Assembly: GCA_000004985.1 (NCBI GenBank)
Contig: GG738853.1
Source: Naegleria gruberi
Lineage: Eukaryota
Strand: one strand, 5' to 3'
Length of the DNA: 64,000 nucleotides
A model generated the notes under the pieces. That model made no database searches. It worked only from the letters and a program-made list of their open reading frames with translations, and was not told the origin of the DNA. The translations under genes and the position numbers were made by a program. Of the stretch, positions 9,206 through 20,303 are shown piece after piece (positions within the stretch are counted from its first letter, which is position 1; each line of letters begins with the position of its first letter).

Positions 9206-11071
9206 ATGCCACAACTGGCTGTAATAAATGTCACAGATCTGCCACCATTTCATCAAATACCATCATATAAATTCCAAAATACTGACTATTATCGTATAAA
9301 TGATGTTATTAATTCATACTTTGTTAAAAAATCAAATCATTCACCTTCCAAAATATTAGGAACTGTGTTTTGGGGAAGGAGCCATGTAGTTCCCTCCAAG
9401 GAGGCTGGAAAAGAAATCGGAATGGCAATTGATAAAGGACCAGAAACTATAATTGACCTAGCTGCTGTATTTTACTTGATCATGAATGTGACAAGTAGTA
9501 ATAAGGAAACTCAAAGTGTTGTTTTCAATCATATCATCTCCACTCTCAACCCTCCAATTAATAACAATGCTACTCTTCAAGAAATTCCTTCTGAACTTGG
9601 TTCCTGTGATTCGTATTTTGGATTAGAGGAGTATTTTGATGATGAAGAGGATGAAGATGAATCCGATTCCAACTCTTCGAATAAACCTCAATCGACTCAA
9701 AATAACGATTCAATTAATCAAGAAGATATTATGTTAGATGAGGGAAGGGTTAATTCAGATTCCTTACCACCAAATAATCAACGAAATGAAGAATTTCTCC
9801 CCGAATATGTTGTTGTTGAGCAAAGCAATACCCCAATGTCAAATAATTTTATTAACCGTCTGGAATATGATTCGTATTCATCTGCTATTTCTCAAATAAC
9901 AGAAATAATCAATACTCAAAATTTTAGTCACTTCGATCAATTAAGCAATCCATTTTCAAACGTGTGCAGTTACTTTGGAAATAATTTTTCAGTTTCACAA
10001 TTCAATTCAAATAGCCTCTCTCAATTTAGTCAACCAATATTTTCTCAAATACCAACAAATTACACAGAAACATCATCAAGGGTTCCAGTTGACCAAATCA
10101 TCGAAAAAGAGATTGAAAAAGTTATCATCAATGGATTTTCATGTTCACACTGCAATAACCCTGCATCAGTGTACTTTTCAGGGAAGTATTCAGGTATAGA
10201 TAGTCATGATTGTTTTTCAAAATATTCAAGAAACAGATGTAGAATGGATCTAGATTGCTTTGAGAAACTCCTTAAGGCACAAAATCATGATTTGTATCTT
10301 TGGTTTGAATGTTTGTTAAAAACCAGAGAAGGAAGAAAAAAAGTATTTGATATTTTAAATAATGAAGACAGTGAACGAATTAAGGTGCTATTTAAGGAGA
10401 GAAAGCAAACACGTAATGTGGATGATGTGATGTATTGGAAAGATAATAATTTAGTTTCTTTCAAAATTGTGAATAATTTAAGAAAAGAATGTACGCTTAG
10501 TGATGAATTACCACCAACAAAAGATATGAAGACACGAAAGAAAATTATTGATGAAGAAGTGGAAAAAATCTTCAAAATTATTGCTCCCTCAAACGGCATT
10601 GTTGGTTTTATTGCTGATCTACATGTGTCAGTTGAGCAAATCTTGAAATTATATAGATGTCTTGGCGGGAAACAATTACCAAAAACAGTTTATTTCAAAC
10701 TGTGTGTAGATGGACGAGAGATTAATGGCAAGAAACAAATTGCAATTGCCCTTGTTCCTCTTAATCTACGAGATATATTTCCAACTCAAGCAGTCTCATC
10801 TGTTTTCTATATTGGGCTATTTCTTGGATCAGAAACTAAAAGTTCATTACCTGAAACAGTTGGTTCTTTATCGGATAGTCTAAAATTCATCAGCTCAACA
10901 ACATTCGAAAATTCAAACATTAATTTTTTGAAATTCAAATATTTGAAAATGAAGAATTTATTAGATACTATTTATCCAAACAAAACCACAGTCAGAAGTA
11001 GAAGAAGCAATCTTCTTTTGGATCATAGTGGTCATGTATACATGGTAGACATCTGTGTGAGTATTCAATGA
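9206..11071 (+). CDS. Hypothetical protein (621 aa) with an acidic/Ser-rich N-terminal half and a Cys/His-containing C-terminal half.
   Basis: Long ORF with ATG at 9206. Dictyostelid-like composition. No family recognised by eye. The 3' end overlaps the convergent gene at 10961-11641. Confidence 0.5.
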   Translation: MPQLAVINVTDLPPFHQIPSYKFQNTDYYRINDVINSYFVKKSNHSPSKILGTVFWGRSHVVPSKEAGKEIGMAIDKGPETIIDLAAVFYLIMNVTSSNKETQSVVFNHIISTLNPPINNNATLQEIPSELGSCDSYFGLEEYFDDEEDEDESDSNSSNKPQSTQNNDSINQEDIMLDEGRVNSDSLPPNNQRNEEFLPEYVVVEQSNTPMSNNFINRLEYDSYSSAISQITEIINTQNFSHFDQLSNPFSNVCSYFGNNFSVSQFNSNSLSQFSQPIFSQIPTNYTETSSRVPVDQIIEKEIEKVIINGFSCSHCNNPASVYFSGKYSGIDSHDCFSKYSRNRCRMDLDCFEKLLKAQNHDLYLWFECLLKTREGRKKVFDILNNEDSERIKVLFKERKQTRNVDDVMYWKDNNLVSFKIVNNLRKECTLSDELPPTKDMKTRKKIIDEEVEKIFKIIAPSNGIVGFIADLHVSVEQILKLYRCLGGKQLPKTVYFKLCVDGREINGKKQIAIALVPLNLRDIFPTQAVSSVFYIGLFLGSETKSSLPETVGSLSDSLKFISSTTFENSNINFLKFKYLKMKNLLDTIYPNKTTVRSRRSNLLLDHSGHVYMVDICVSIQ

Positions 11072-11641
11072 CACAAAGAGCTTGTCAGCAACACATCGAT
11101 ACTCTGCTTCTCTGAAATATTCTGGAATAATTCCCCCTAACCCTTCGAATTGACTTGCAAGCTCTGACACGTCAACTATGGTGTAATATTTAGTCCAGGA
11201 TGGCTTGGAAAAACTTGGAAAATGAGGATAGTTAAATTCGTACACGATATGAGAAATGTGACCATCTTGTTCTCTAGTTGAGTATGGTGTGTATTCTTCT
11301 TTTCTAATGTACAAATGGGGTGGCATGGTGGCTGACATATAGGTATCGAATACATCTTCAGCACATTCTCCAATAGCAGTTCTTTCAAGTGCCTTTCCAT
11401 GAAGTGGAATGTTGTGGTCATCACAATAGCTTCGGATCTTTCTTTCCATTTTCTGTGCAGCCTCTGTCCTGGATTTGGTGGAGAAGAATGGATGGTTGGT
11501 AGTGAGTGGAGAAACATATGTGGTGACAGGTACCTCATCTGTATACACGAATGGATCAAGTGGATGAGCACGAGGTTTGTAGGTGTTCTTTGCTTTGTTG
11601 GCAGTCTCCTTCTTGGTGCTTCTTGATGTGTGTTTAGGCAT
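10961..11641 (-). CDS. Hypothetical protein (226 aa) with strong C-ending codon bias, suggesting high expression.
   Basis: ORF on the minus strand with ATG at 11641. About 42% GC versus about 33% around it, from preferred codons (TAC, TTC, ATC, AAG). Overlaps the 3' end of the 9206-11071 ORF by about 110 nt. Confidence 0.5.
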   Translation of the reverse strand: MPKHTSRSTKKETANKAKNTYKPRAHPLDPFVYTDEVPVTTYVSPLTTNHPFFSTKSRTEAAQKMERKIRSYCDDHNIPLHGKALERTAIGECAEDVFDTYMSATMPPHLYIRKEEYTPYSTREQDGHISHIVYEFNYPHFPSFSKPSWTKYYTIVDVSELASQFEGLGGIIPEYFREAEYRCVADKLFVSLNTHTDVYHVYMTTMIQKKIASSTSDCGFVWINSI

Positions 11642-12625
11642 GATGATTGTGTGAGTGTGTTGATTGTGTGTTGTTTGATTGACCGGTAAGTGGTCTATGT
11701 GTAATTGGATGTTTTGGTTTTTGTTTTAATGATGATGAACCAACCGACATTGTAGCTTCCACGTTTTATATTTTTTTTTTCACTCCATTAAACTAATTCT
11801 AGGCAGCCATTCATCGAAGCTCCTGTCTTGCTATGTCATTGCCATAACTCTGAATTCGAAACTTATTACAATGTGGTACATACAAAACAATTATTCAAGC
11901 AATCAACAAACCAATTTAGAAATAAAAAATGATGTGTAATGATCCATTTGAGACAATTTCAAAAGTTGTTTGCAGATGCAACAATTACAACTTTGTAGTT
12001 TCGAATAATATAAAAACCTAATTTTACAATTTAGAAGAGATGATTCAACATTTATGTAACATGTGCATTTCACAAATATTCTTGGAAGTTATTACTGTAT
12101 TCACATCAAATTACTATTATTTAGGAATTCAATTCTGACATATTCTTTCATCTCTGAATCCATTGAACTTTGACTAGAGACAGATGGGGAATGATTCCTG
12201 ATAAATTTTTTTAATCCCATCACTTCTTAAATTACAAATCATTTGCCGCTTAAAAATTGTCGAATTACAAAAAGGGTAAAGTTGATTAATTTTAGATAAT
12301 GATGTCTGACAGTATGGCAAATGACGGAACTTGTAACAACTATTTTTTGTGTTGGGTCATCAACATCCAGAATTGTCAGAGTAATCAAGTGGAACAAATC
12401 TCTTCAGGGGCAATCAAAGACTTTGTTTGGATATTCCTTTAATGAATAGCATGTTCTATTCTCGTTGATTGCACAATTGAGTAACAACAACATACTATGG
12501 TGGAACAATAAAACATTTCCCATTAGCATCATCTAGAAAAAAAACAACTCGTTATTACTACCTTGTTGTATACTAAACGAAACTAAACTCTAGTCCTCTA
12601 ATACCACTGCAATCTAGATTTTATA

Positions 12626-13552
12626 ATGACCATGCAATCATCACAATACACTTCACCATTCCTACAATTCAAATTGTCCAAACCGAGCAAAGTTGAGAAA
12701 CCTCAACATCAAATGAAACAACACAATTCACATGTCTTTGTGCACCAAGAACATGTTGCTCCACAACCAAAATCTTCCAATTCATCCAATCCACCAATGA
12801 TGATGCAAAACTATCATTATATACCACCTATTTTTGTGAATAATTCACCTCCTCCATCTCAAATTAGCTCTCAAATCCTTCCTCCACCACAAGAAGCACT
12901 TCAACATCAATTCACAATGTCATCATCTCAGCCACAATATCATCATCAATTCATGACACAACCTGAAAAGAAGGTTAAAAAAGCAAAGAGAACTCAATCA
13001 CCTCCTGTACCTGCTTCACAACAAGCAACTCAACCTGCCTATATTCATTGGAAATTCAATGAAAGTTTCGATAATTCTCCTCAACAATCAACCTCAACAT
13101 CTAGTCTCCCTTCTTCTAACAGCACTGTTGGAAAAAGTACAAACTCTAAAAGATCTAAGAAAGTGAAATATGGTTGTCTGGCATTTTCTCTCTCAGACTG
13201 TACTCTTGTAAATAATATAAATTATCAAAGACCCCATCACAATACTAATAATAATTGGTTACCTTCTTCAAATATCCCAAATTGTAACATTATCCAATCG
13301 AGTCAACCAACATTTCCAATAGAATCCAAAGAATCGAATATACCTTCTAATAATTCCAACAACCAACTTCATGGTATCCTTAATTATTCCAACAACAGCG
13401 AACATTCACTTCACATTGCCAAAAACCAAGAAGCAAACATGGTCAAGAATCAAGAATCGCCATTGACAACCGTTGAAACTTCTCTCTCTCCAAACCAAGT
13501 CTCTCCTAGAGTAATAAGGACAAACATCTCAATAAAAGACATCCTGAATTAA
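12626..13552 (+). CDS. Q/N/S-rich low-complexity protein ending in ...ISIKDILN.
   Basis: ATG at 12626. 308 codons. Poly-Q/N/S composition typical of dictyostelid nuclear proteins. Shares LAFSLSDCTLVNN and a C-terminal KDILN motif with the next gene. Confidence 0.5.
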   Translation: MTMQSSQYTSPFLQFKLSKPSKVEKPQHQMKQHNSHVFVHQEHVAPQPKSSNSSNPPMMMQNYHYIPPIFVNNSPPPSQISSQILPPPQEALQHQFTMSSSQPQYHHQFMTQPEKKVKKAKRTQSPPVPASQQATQPAYIHWKFNESFDNSPQQSTSTSSLPSSNSTVGKSTNSKRSKKVKYGCLAFSLSDCTLVNNINYQRPHHNTNNNWLPSSNIPNCNIIQSSQPTFPIESKESNIPSNNSNNQLHGILNYSNNSEHSLHIAKNQEANMVKNQESPLTTVETSLSPNQVSPRVIRTNISIKDILN

Positions 13553-14147
13553 CGTTTTCAATTGTAAATGGTGTTTGCTTTGGCAATAAGGCTGTCAAAT
13601 ATCGTGCCGATAATATGCCATTAGTGGCCCCAATTTGTTTTTTAAACAACTTTGGGTAGAGAAAGAGGACATGGTGCACAGAATATTCAGTCCTCAATTG
13701 GCAACCAACAGTTGCGTCAATAGCTCACTTCGCTTTGTTTTGTTAAAAACTGCCAAATTATCTAGTCCTCACACACACTTTATAAAAAAACAACTCAACT
13801 AGATCTTACTGGTTTCCACTCATTCATTAGAACAATAAGAGCCTATCAATAATATTATATTATTAGCATTATCATTGAAGGAGGATAAACATCATATATT
13901 AATAACCATTGTACATTCTAAAAATTGCTCCAGACCAAACAAAGATAGGATATTTCGAATTAATACCCTCTTATCTCTCTTGTCTTCCGCAAACCAAAGT
14001 CCTCCCCTACGACAGTCCTACATTAATTTTGAACGTTGGTTAATATATTTAACACGTTATCAACTGATAAAGGCTATTCACACGAAACTTTCCATTATTA
14101 TAACGTGTTGAAAAAACGTGCTAGTTGATTCCAAAAATTCCCCACAA

Positions 14148-15587
14148 ATGCCCAACGAAGAATCTCAGGAAATTTTTCACAACAACTCAACCCACAAAGA
14201 AATGACTTTACATCCAACCATGAGTTGCAGTACATCATCTTCCAGTTCTTCATCGGCAAAGATTCACAATCCTCCTAGTAAGATTGAAAAGAGGAGAGGT
14301 AGACCACCAAAAATCACTTCTCCATTAAGTTATCCTGTCAGATGGCAATTTATGAAAGAAGAGGGAGATGTACATGTTTCAAAAAAACAATCAAATAGAA
14401 ACCGTTATCACAATGATATCAGTATAGTGAATTGTTATGATATGTTTAAAGAAGGAGCTTCTCCAAGAACAGAATCCCCTTCATGCTCTTCTTCCACTTC
14501 ATCACTTGCTCAAACTAACTCTCCTTCATCAATTTCACAACAAACTAGAACGAGTTTTCAACTAACTGAATCATCTAACATGTTGATTGGCTCCCATCCT
14601 CTTCCTCCTCCAACTGCCACAATGTTAAATAATTTCACAAAATCAAATTCTGCTCCATCATCATCACAATATTCTCCAATGAATGATACAACTGCCAATA
14701 CTAATCTACCTAATTACAACAATAATATTAATAATTATAATACTAGTAGTAGCAGAGCATGTCAATATCCAGAACAGCCATCACCTGAATCCTACTTTCT
14801 TAACAATGCTCCTAAGCAACAACCTCCTTTCAATTCATCTCTTCCTCAACAATCATCTCCACTTGTAATACCCTCCTATCCAATGCCAAATACTAATAAT
14901 AATAGTCATTACTTTCCTCCATATTGTACAATACCTCCTCCTCAACAACAACAACAACAGAATATTCAGAATATTAACCAATTTCCAACTCCTATTCAAA
15001 CAAGCCAATTTTCCACTCCAAAGAAACAAGTTTCCCATTCTCCAAAATCAACTCCTTCACCAAGTGCCTCTGTATATCATTCGTGGAAGGTAGATTTGTC
15101 TCCATCAACTTCCCCTTATCAAAAACATGGTGAATTATCCTTCTCTCTGAATGATACTATTCAAGTTAATTCGAACAATTATAAGGTATCAATGACCTCA
15201 AAGAAACCCTCACCTTCCTCATCAGCCACCACCCACTCATGTAATAAGATTTCACCTCCCAAGTTTACAAATCAAATCACAACTACTTCCACAGTAATGA
15301 ATCAGTTCTCAACATCTTCACCACAGAATAATACCATCAGCACCACAATTACTAATACTGCTGAGAAAATACTCTCACCAGCTACAGCAACAGCAGCAAC
15401 ATCGAGTAGTACTTCATTTGTAATACATGATAATTATGTTGAAGAAATTCCATCAGTGGCAGCCACAACAGTAGGAGTGAATAGTTCGACGACCAGTGAT
15501 CAATCAACCACCAACATCTCTTCATCCTCACCTCATCAGAAAACCAGGAGAAGCTCCATGCCTAGCCTTAAAGATATTTTAAATTAA
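14148..15587 (+). CDS. Q/N/S/T-rich low-complexity protein ending in ...PSLKDILN, paralogous to 12626-13552.
   Basis: The ORF track starts at a GTG (14118); first ATG is at 14148. Shared motifs with the upstream gene (LSFSLNDTIQVNS; C-terminal KDILN). Confidence 0.5.
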   Translation: MPNEESQEIFHNNSTHKEMTLHPTMSCSTSSSSSSSAKIHNPPSKIEKRRGRPPKITSPLSYPVRWQFMKEEGDVHVSKKQSNRNRYHNDISIVNCYDMFKEGASPRTESPSCSSSTSSLAQTNSPSSISQQTRTSFQLTESSNMLIGSHPLPPPTATMLNNFTKSNSAPSSSQYSPMNDTTANTNLPNYNNNINNYNTSSSRACQYPEQPSPESYFLNNAPKQQPPFNSSLPQQSSPLVIPSYPMPNTNNNSHYFPPYCTIPPPQQQQQQNIQNINQFPTPIQTSQFSTPKKQVSHSPKSTPSPSASVYHSWKVDLSPSTSPYQKHGELSFSLNDTIQVNSNNYKVSMTSKKPSPSSSATTHSCNKISPPKFTNQITTTSTVMNQFSTSSPQNNTISTTITNTAEKILSPATATAATSSSTSFVIHDNYVEEIPSVAATTVGVNSSTTSDQSTTNISSSSPHQKTRRSSMPSLKDILN

Positions 15588-16587
15588 TAAAAAAAAATAA
15601 GGCAATTTTAAATTTAAATTTTCTTGATGATTAATTTTTATGATTTGGTTTTTGCTCAAGCCTTTGGAAGTTTATTTATTAACTTGGGATTGATGATAAT
15701 TCAAGAGAGATGAATTAAATGGTTGAGGTTTTGAATATAATAAGGCTTTTTCTCAAACCTATTGAAAACTTCACTGTAGATTGGAATTAAAAATCGGAAT
15801 CAAGCTTGCAACTCTATCTCTACGAAATCGTACATATGATCAGCGAACGCAAATTGAAAATGGTGTAGTAGTAGCAGCACGATATTCACAAATTTCTATT
15901 CTGAATCAAATTGGCCCTCCTTGTTCAATTTAGTAGACACCAACACCATACGAAAGTGCTCACAAAAAGAACGGCCTTTTTAATACTTTATAACTGCGTC
16001 TTTGTTACAACAGAAAACCAAGCCATAATTAACAATACAATGTGCCATCTACAACTTTCATGTATTGTCTTTTTGAAAGCAAAGGAGATAGAAAATCATT
16101 CCTGAAAGTATGTTTTGGGATTTTTCAATTTCCAAACTCGAAACACTTTCTCTCATGGAAATCACTCATAATTGATGCTGGTGAATCACCTACTCTTGCC
16201 GGCAGTAAAACAACATCAATTTTAATTGAGGAGATACGGTTACCTAAACAACTCATTCATACAAATTTTCAGCTCCCCTCACTAATATAATTGTAAAGAA
16301 TAACAGTCAACAAATGTCAACATGGTTCAATAATATTAATTAGTGATGATACTCCAGAGTGGCACCTGCGACCTTCACTTGTTGTCAAACTAAATATCGA
16401 CCAAGTGGTATTTATGGTTGGGTAGAGAACAATTTCAATCAAACAAAACAGCATCAAAAATCAAAAAAAAACAATCAGTCCGAAGAACAGTCTCTGATTC
16501 TCATTTTACGGCGTCACTTGTCTTTGTAGCGTATTATTGCACCTTTTAAAACTTGTGGCATCAAAATAACGCAAAAAAAACATCAAG

Positions 16588-18309
16588 ATGCTATCTTTTA
16601 AAGATTTGATCAAGTCCACAACTTCCCATCATGAAGAAGTGAAGGAACAAGAAAGTATTCGAAACCATCACTATAATCAACAAACAATTTTACCATCACA
16701 ATCACATCACCAATCAATAGTTCACCATAATGATAGAATAGAGAACAACAGCACCACTGGTTCACTTTATCAATCCCCGCCACCACCATCACCATTCGAA
16801 AGCTCATCAAATGGCTCCAACAGAAATTTCAATGAAAAGTTCAATCTACCAAGTATTGATACTCTATTGAATTCCAAACCACCAACTTTCTCATCACATT
16901 TGTATAACAACACAGTTTCTAATAACAATTTGGCAACTACCACTTCCACAACTAGATCACCACATCATCATCAACACTATTCAATACCCAACAATAACGG
17001 CACTATCCAACAACAGCAACACTATCAAACAACTGATATCCAAATGCAACGCTCTTATTCATCTTCTTCGGTACAACAACTCGGCACTTCAAACAAGTCT
17101 TATAACCATTATCCACACTCTTCGAATTCTTACAGTGATGCATCTCCTCCTACAAGCAGCAACTTTCTACAACATACCCAATATAATAGTAGCGTAACCC
17201 CAACGATATCTGCCACCACTGAGGGTTACTATCATTCTTCAAAGGGTTTTCCAAATTCATCTAATAATGCCGGTAGAAATTCTGAATTTGGGCAGGGTGT
17301 GTGTCCATCACATTCGAATAATGGTCATAATTATACTGGTTGGCAAAGCACTTCCAAAGAAGTTTCTCCTCCTCCTAGAGTAGTTACATCCTTAACAAAC
17401 ACAGCTTCCTATCCTAATCATCCTCATTACAATACTAATAGAGAAGCAAGACTAAATAGTAGTTTACCCTCACAACAATCCATGTACACTACGGCTACTA
17501 CAGCAACTAGTGAACCAACCCAGCAACACAATACAGCAACACCTTACCACCACTCAACTATTAGAGATTCCATTCCACAATCAAACCAACATGCTGACCA
17601 CCAACAGAAACCAAGATTTGAACATAATCTTTCATTAATACCTTCTTCCTCGCCACATCAATCATTAAGAGGATCATCCACCATACTTTCAACACTCAAT
17701 ACTACAGCTCCCAACAGTACTCAAGCAAATGCTTCCCAACAACAATCATCCCCCATGATGAATGGAAACATGGATGATGAAGAAGGTTTTGATGAAGCTG
17801 GTGGTTCTGGAACCTATCGTTTCAGAAAGGGATGGACAAAGGATGAACACATTCGTTTCCTCATAGGTGTACATCTCTTTGGTCGAGGCAATTGGAAGAA
17901 TATTTCAAAAGTCATTGCAGGTAAATCTCCAAAACAAGTTCAATCACATGCTCAAAAGTATTTCCTCAGACAGGAACAAACTTCCAAGACTAAACGTTCT
18001 ATTCACGATTTCAATCTTGAAGATTTGATAGAATTGTTAAAAGACGCCACTTATAGAAATACCATTCGAGAAGATACCACACAGAAGGGAAGAGATTTGG
18101 AAGATTTAGTCAACCGATTTGAATCTTCTTATTACAAAGACCAGACAAAGAATAATAGTAGTACCAGTAGCTCAGGAGGTGCTTCTGGATCACCATCATC
18201 ACCACATTCACCTGTAACAAATAGTCAATTGGGACGTGTTGATAACTCAACTGGTAAACAACTTGTACCAAATTCCAGAATCAACAAACCAAAAAACAAA
18301 CCTTATTAA
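16588..18309 (+). CDS. Myb/SANT domain protein of the SHAQKYF class, with Q/N/S-rich N-terminal low complexity. Putative transcription factor.
   Basis: ATG at 16588. The Myb repeat is WTKDEHIRFLIGVHLFGRGNWKNISKVIAGKSPKQVQSHAQKYF. The N-terminus MLSFKDLIKS echoes the KDIL motif of the two upstream genes. Confidence 0.7.
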   Translation: MLSFKDLIKSTTSHHEEVKEQESIRNHHYNQQTILPSQSHHQSIVHHNDRIENNSTTGSLYQSPPPPSPFESSSNGSNRNFNEKFNLPSIDTLLNSKPPTFSSHLYNNTVSNNNLATTTSTTRSPHHHQHYSIPNNNGTIQQQQHYQTTDIQMQRSYSSSSVQQLGTSNKSYNHYPHSSNSYSDASPPTSSNFLQHTQYNSSVTPTISATTEGYYHSSKGFPNSSNNAGRNSEFGQGVCPSHSNNGHNYTGWQSTSKEVSPPPRVVTSLTNTASYPNHPHYNTNREARLNSSLPSQQSMYTTATTATSEPTQQHNTATPYHHSTIRDSIPQSNQHADHQQKPRFEHNLSLIPSSSPHQSLRGSSTILSTLNTTAPNSTQANASQQQSSPMMNGNMDDEEGFDEAGGSGTYRFRKGWTKDEHIRFLIGVHLFGRGNWKNISKVIAGKSPKQVQSHAQKYFLRQEQTSKTKRSIHDFNLEDLIELLKDATYRNTIREDTTQKGRDLEDLVNRFESSYYKDQTKNNSSTSSSGGASGSPSSPHSPVTNSQLGRVDNSTGKQLVPNSRINKPKNKPY

Positions 18310-18714
18310 AGTTCTTTAAACATTCACTTCAGAAATTGAACTGTCATTTGACAATCATTTCAGGATAATTTTTTTTCAATATTAGCCGAAAGTGAGTAAG
18401 ACAATACTTGGCAAATATTTTGATAAAACATTAACATTGACTAACAGCCATTATGTTTTGTCATCCAAACAAGCCTTACTCTTCCTTGCTCGGATCAAAA
18501 CTCTGTTTACCTGTCAGCAATTAATGTCAACAGTCCATTTTCATCATAAAAAAAATTCTTGCTACCTCCACTTCATTCTACAAACCGTTAAAAACAGAGT
18601 TTCGAACTTGAGTTACAATTCCTCTTCCAACAACTGTTATCCTATATCATTGACAAGTTTCGAATAAACAATCGAATAACAATCCATCACATTCTAATAA
18701 TATAACACTTCAAC

Positions 18715-20243
18715 ATGGGAGCTTTTGCATCAAAGAAAGATAAAACAGATAACCCTAAAAAACCCCGAAACTCTTCAAATTCTCAACCAACAAATTCCTC
18801 AACAAGTGGTGTCAACAACAATACATCAACTTCATCTTTATCATCTAATTCTTCTACTGGACCTGTGGTAAAGAATTCACTTTCTGTTTTATTGTTGGGA
18901 ACGGGTGAAACTGGTAGGTTTTATATCTCATAGTTTAGTTTGAATAATTAATTGTTTCGTATAAATTTATTCGAAATTAGGTAAATCAACATTATTTAAA
19001 CAACTTGAATTGATTAATGGAGTGGGTATCATTAAAGAAAATGAAAAATCAATGTGGGCTACTCTAATTCATGGCAATGTAATTTCTGACATGAAAACTT
19101 TGATTGGAATTGTTGAGGAAATGGATGTTCAAGAAGTTTCGGATGAAATGCACGAATTAATTCAAGAAATATTAGAATTACCTGATCAAAATGTTACTAT
19201 TAATGAAGAATTATGTGAAAAGTTGAAGAAACTGTGGAATTATGAAGTAGTTAGGGAAGCTTATGATAATAGAGATCAAGCTTTGGATTCTGCTGAATAG
19301 TAAGTTTCTAATAATTTATAGTAATTTAGACGATTTGGGTTTTTAACATTTTCATAACATGAATTTCTCTAATTGTTGTTGACCTTTCGAATAATTATTC
19401 TTTTACAGTCTCTATAATAATATTGATAGAATTGCCAAGCCAGATTACTCACCAACAGTTGATGATGTTCTTCATTGTCGTGTAAAGACACTTGGTGTGC
19501 ATCATGTTGAACTCATGATGGATGGAAACTTTAAATTTAAATTGATTGATGTTGGTAAGTAGTTTCTATAAATGGATTTTGAGAATATTTATTGATTTGT
19601 TTACAATAATTTTTCTATAATTATTATTATAATATTTATAGGTGGTCAACGTTCTGGTAAGTTTTGATGATTTTTCTTGGTAGAATTTAACATTTAAAGA
19701 ACGAAGAAAGTGGCTTGAACGTAAGTTTTTTTATTCGAATTGGATATTTATAGTAATTTAATATTGGAAATGAATAATTGAATGATTGGAATATTGAAAT
19801 AATTTCGAATTGGATGAAAAATAGTCATGTCAGAAGTTGATGCTGTCATTTTCATGACATCTTTAGCTGAATTTGATCAAGAATGTTATGAGGAAAAAGG
19901 ATTTAAACGTGTTGTTGAATCTTTGGAAACATTTGAAAAGGTCATTAACAACAAACTCTTCCAAAAAGTTCCATTCATTCTCATGTTAAATAAGCGTGAC
20001 TTATTCGAGAGGAAGATTGCAAAGAAGAGTTTCAAGAAATATTTCCCAAATTATACAGGTGATGAAAAGAATCCCCAACAATGTATTGATTTCATTTCGA
20101 AAATGTTTTTGGGTAAATGTAAGGAACGATCAACTGATACCATTCTAGTTCAACCTCATTGTGCTATCAGTAAGGAAGAAACAGAACAAATGCTGCAACA
20201 TGCAAAGAACTTTGTAATAGGTCAATACTCAAAGAAGAAGTAG
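18715..20243 (+). CDS. Heterotrimeric G-protein alpha subunit, 6 exons: join(18715..18913, 18981..19299, 19409..19554, 19642..19656, 19700..19720, 19825..20243), about 372 aa.
   Basis: N-myristoylation-type MGAFASK. G1 LLLGTGETGKST is split by intron 1. Switch I is RVKTLGV. G3 DVGGQRSERRKW is encoded across 15-nt and 21-nt micro-exons. G4 NKRD. G5-like region is HCAIS. All introns are GTAAGT/GTAGGT...AG, and frames were checked against the ORF track. Confidence 0.85.
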
Positions 20244-20303
20244 AGCTGATAATAGAATAAATGATTTGTGTTTTATTTAACAATTTAGTGTGAATTAGAT
20301 AGT

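Noticed and set aside
10961-11641. Possible horizontally transferred gene because of locally elevated GC
   Set aside because: The GC rise comes from C-ending preferred codons (TAC, TTC, ATC, AAG). That is the signature of highly expressed native dictyostelid genes rather than foreign DNA.
18392-18667. 91-aa ORF between the Myb gene and the G-alpha gene
   Set aside because: Atypical composition, no start context or homology. It is more likely part of the G-alpha 5' region.
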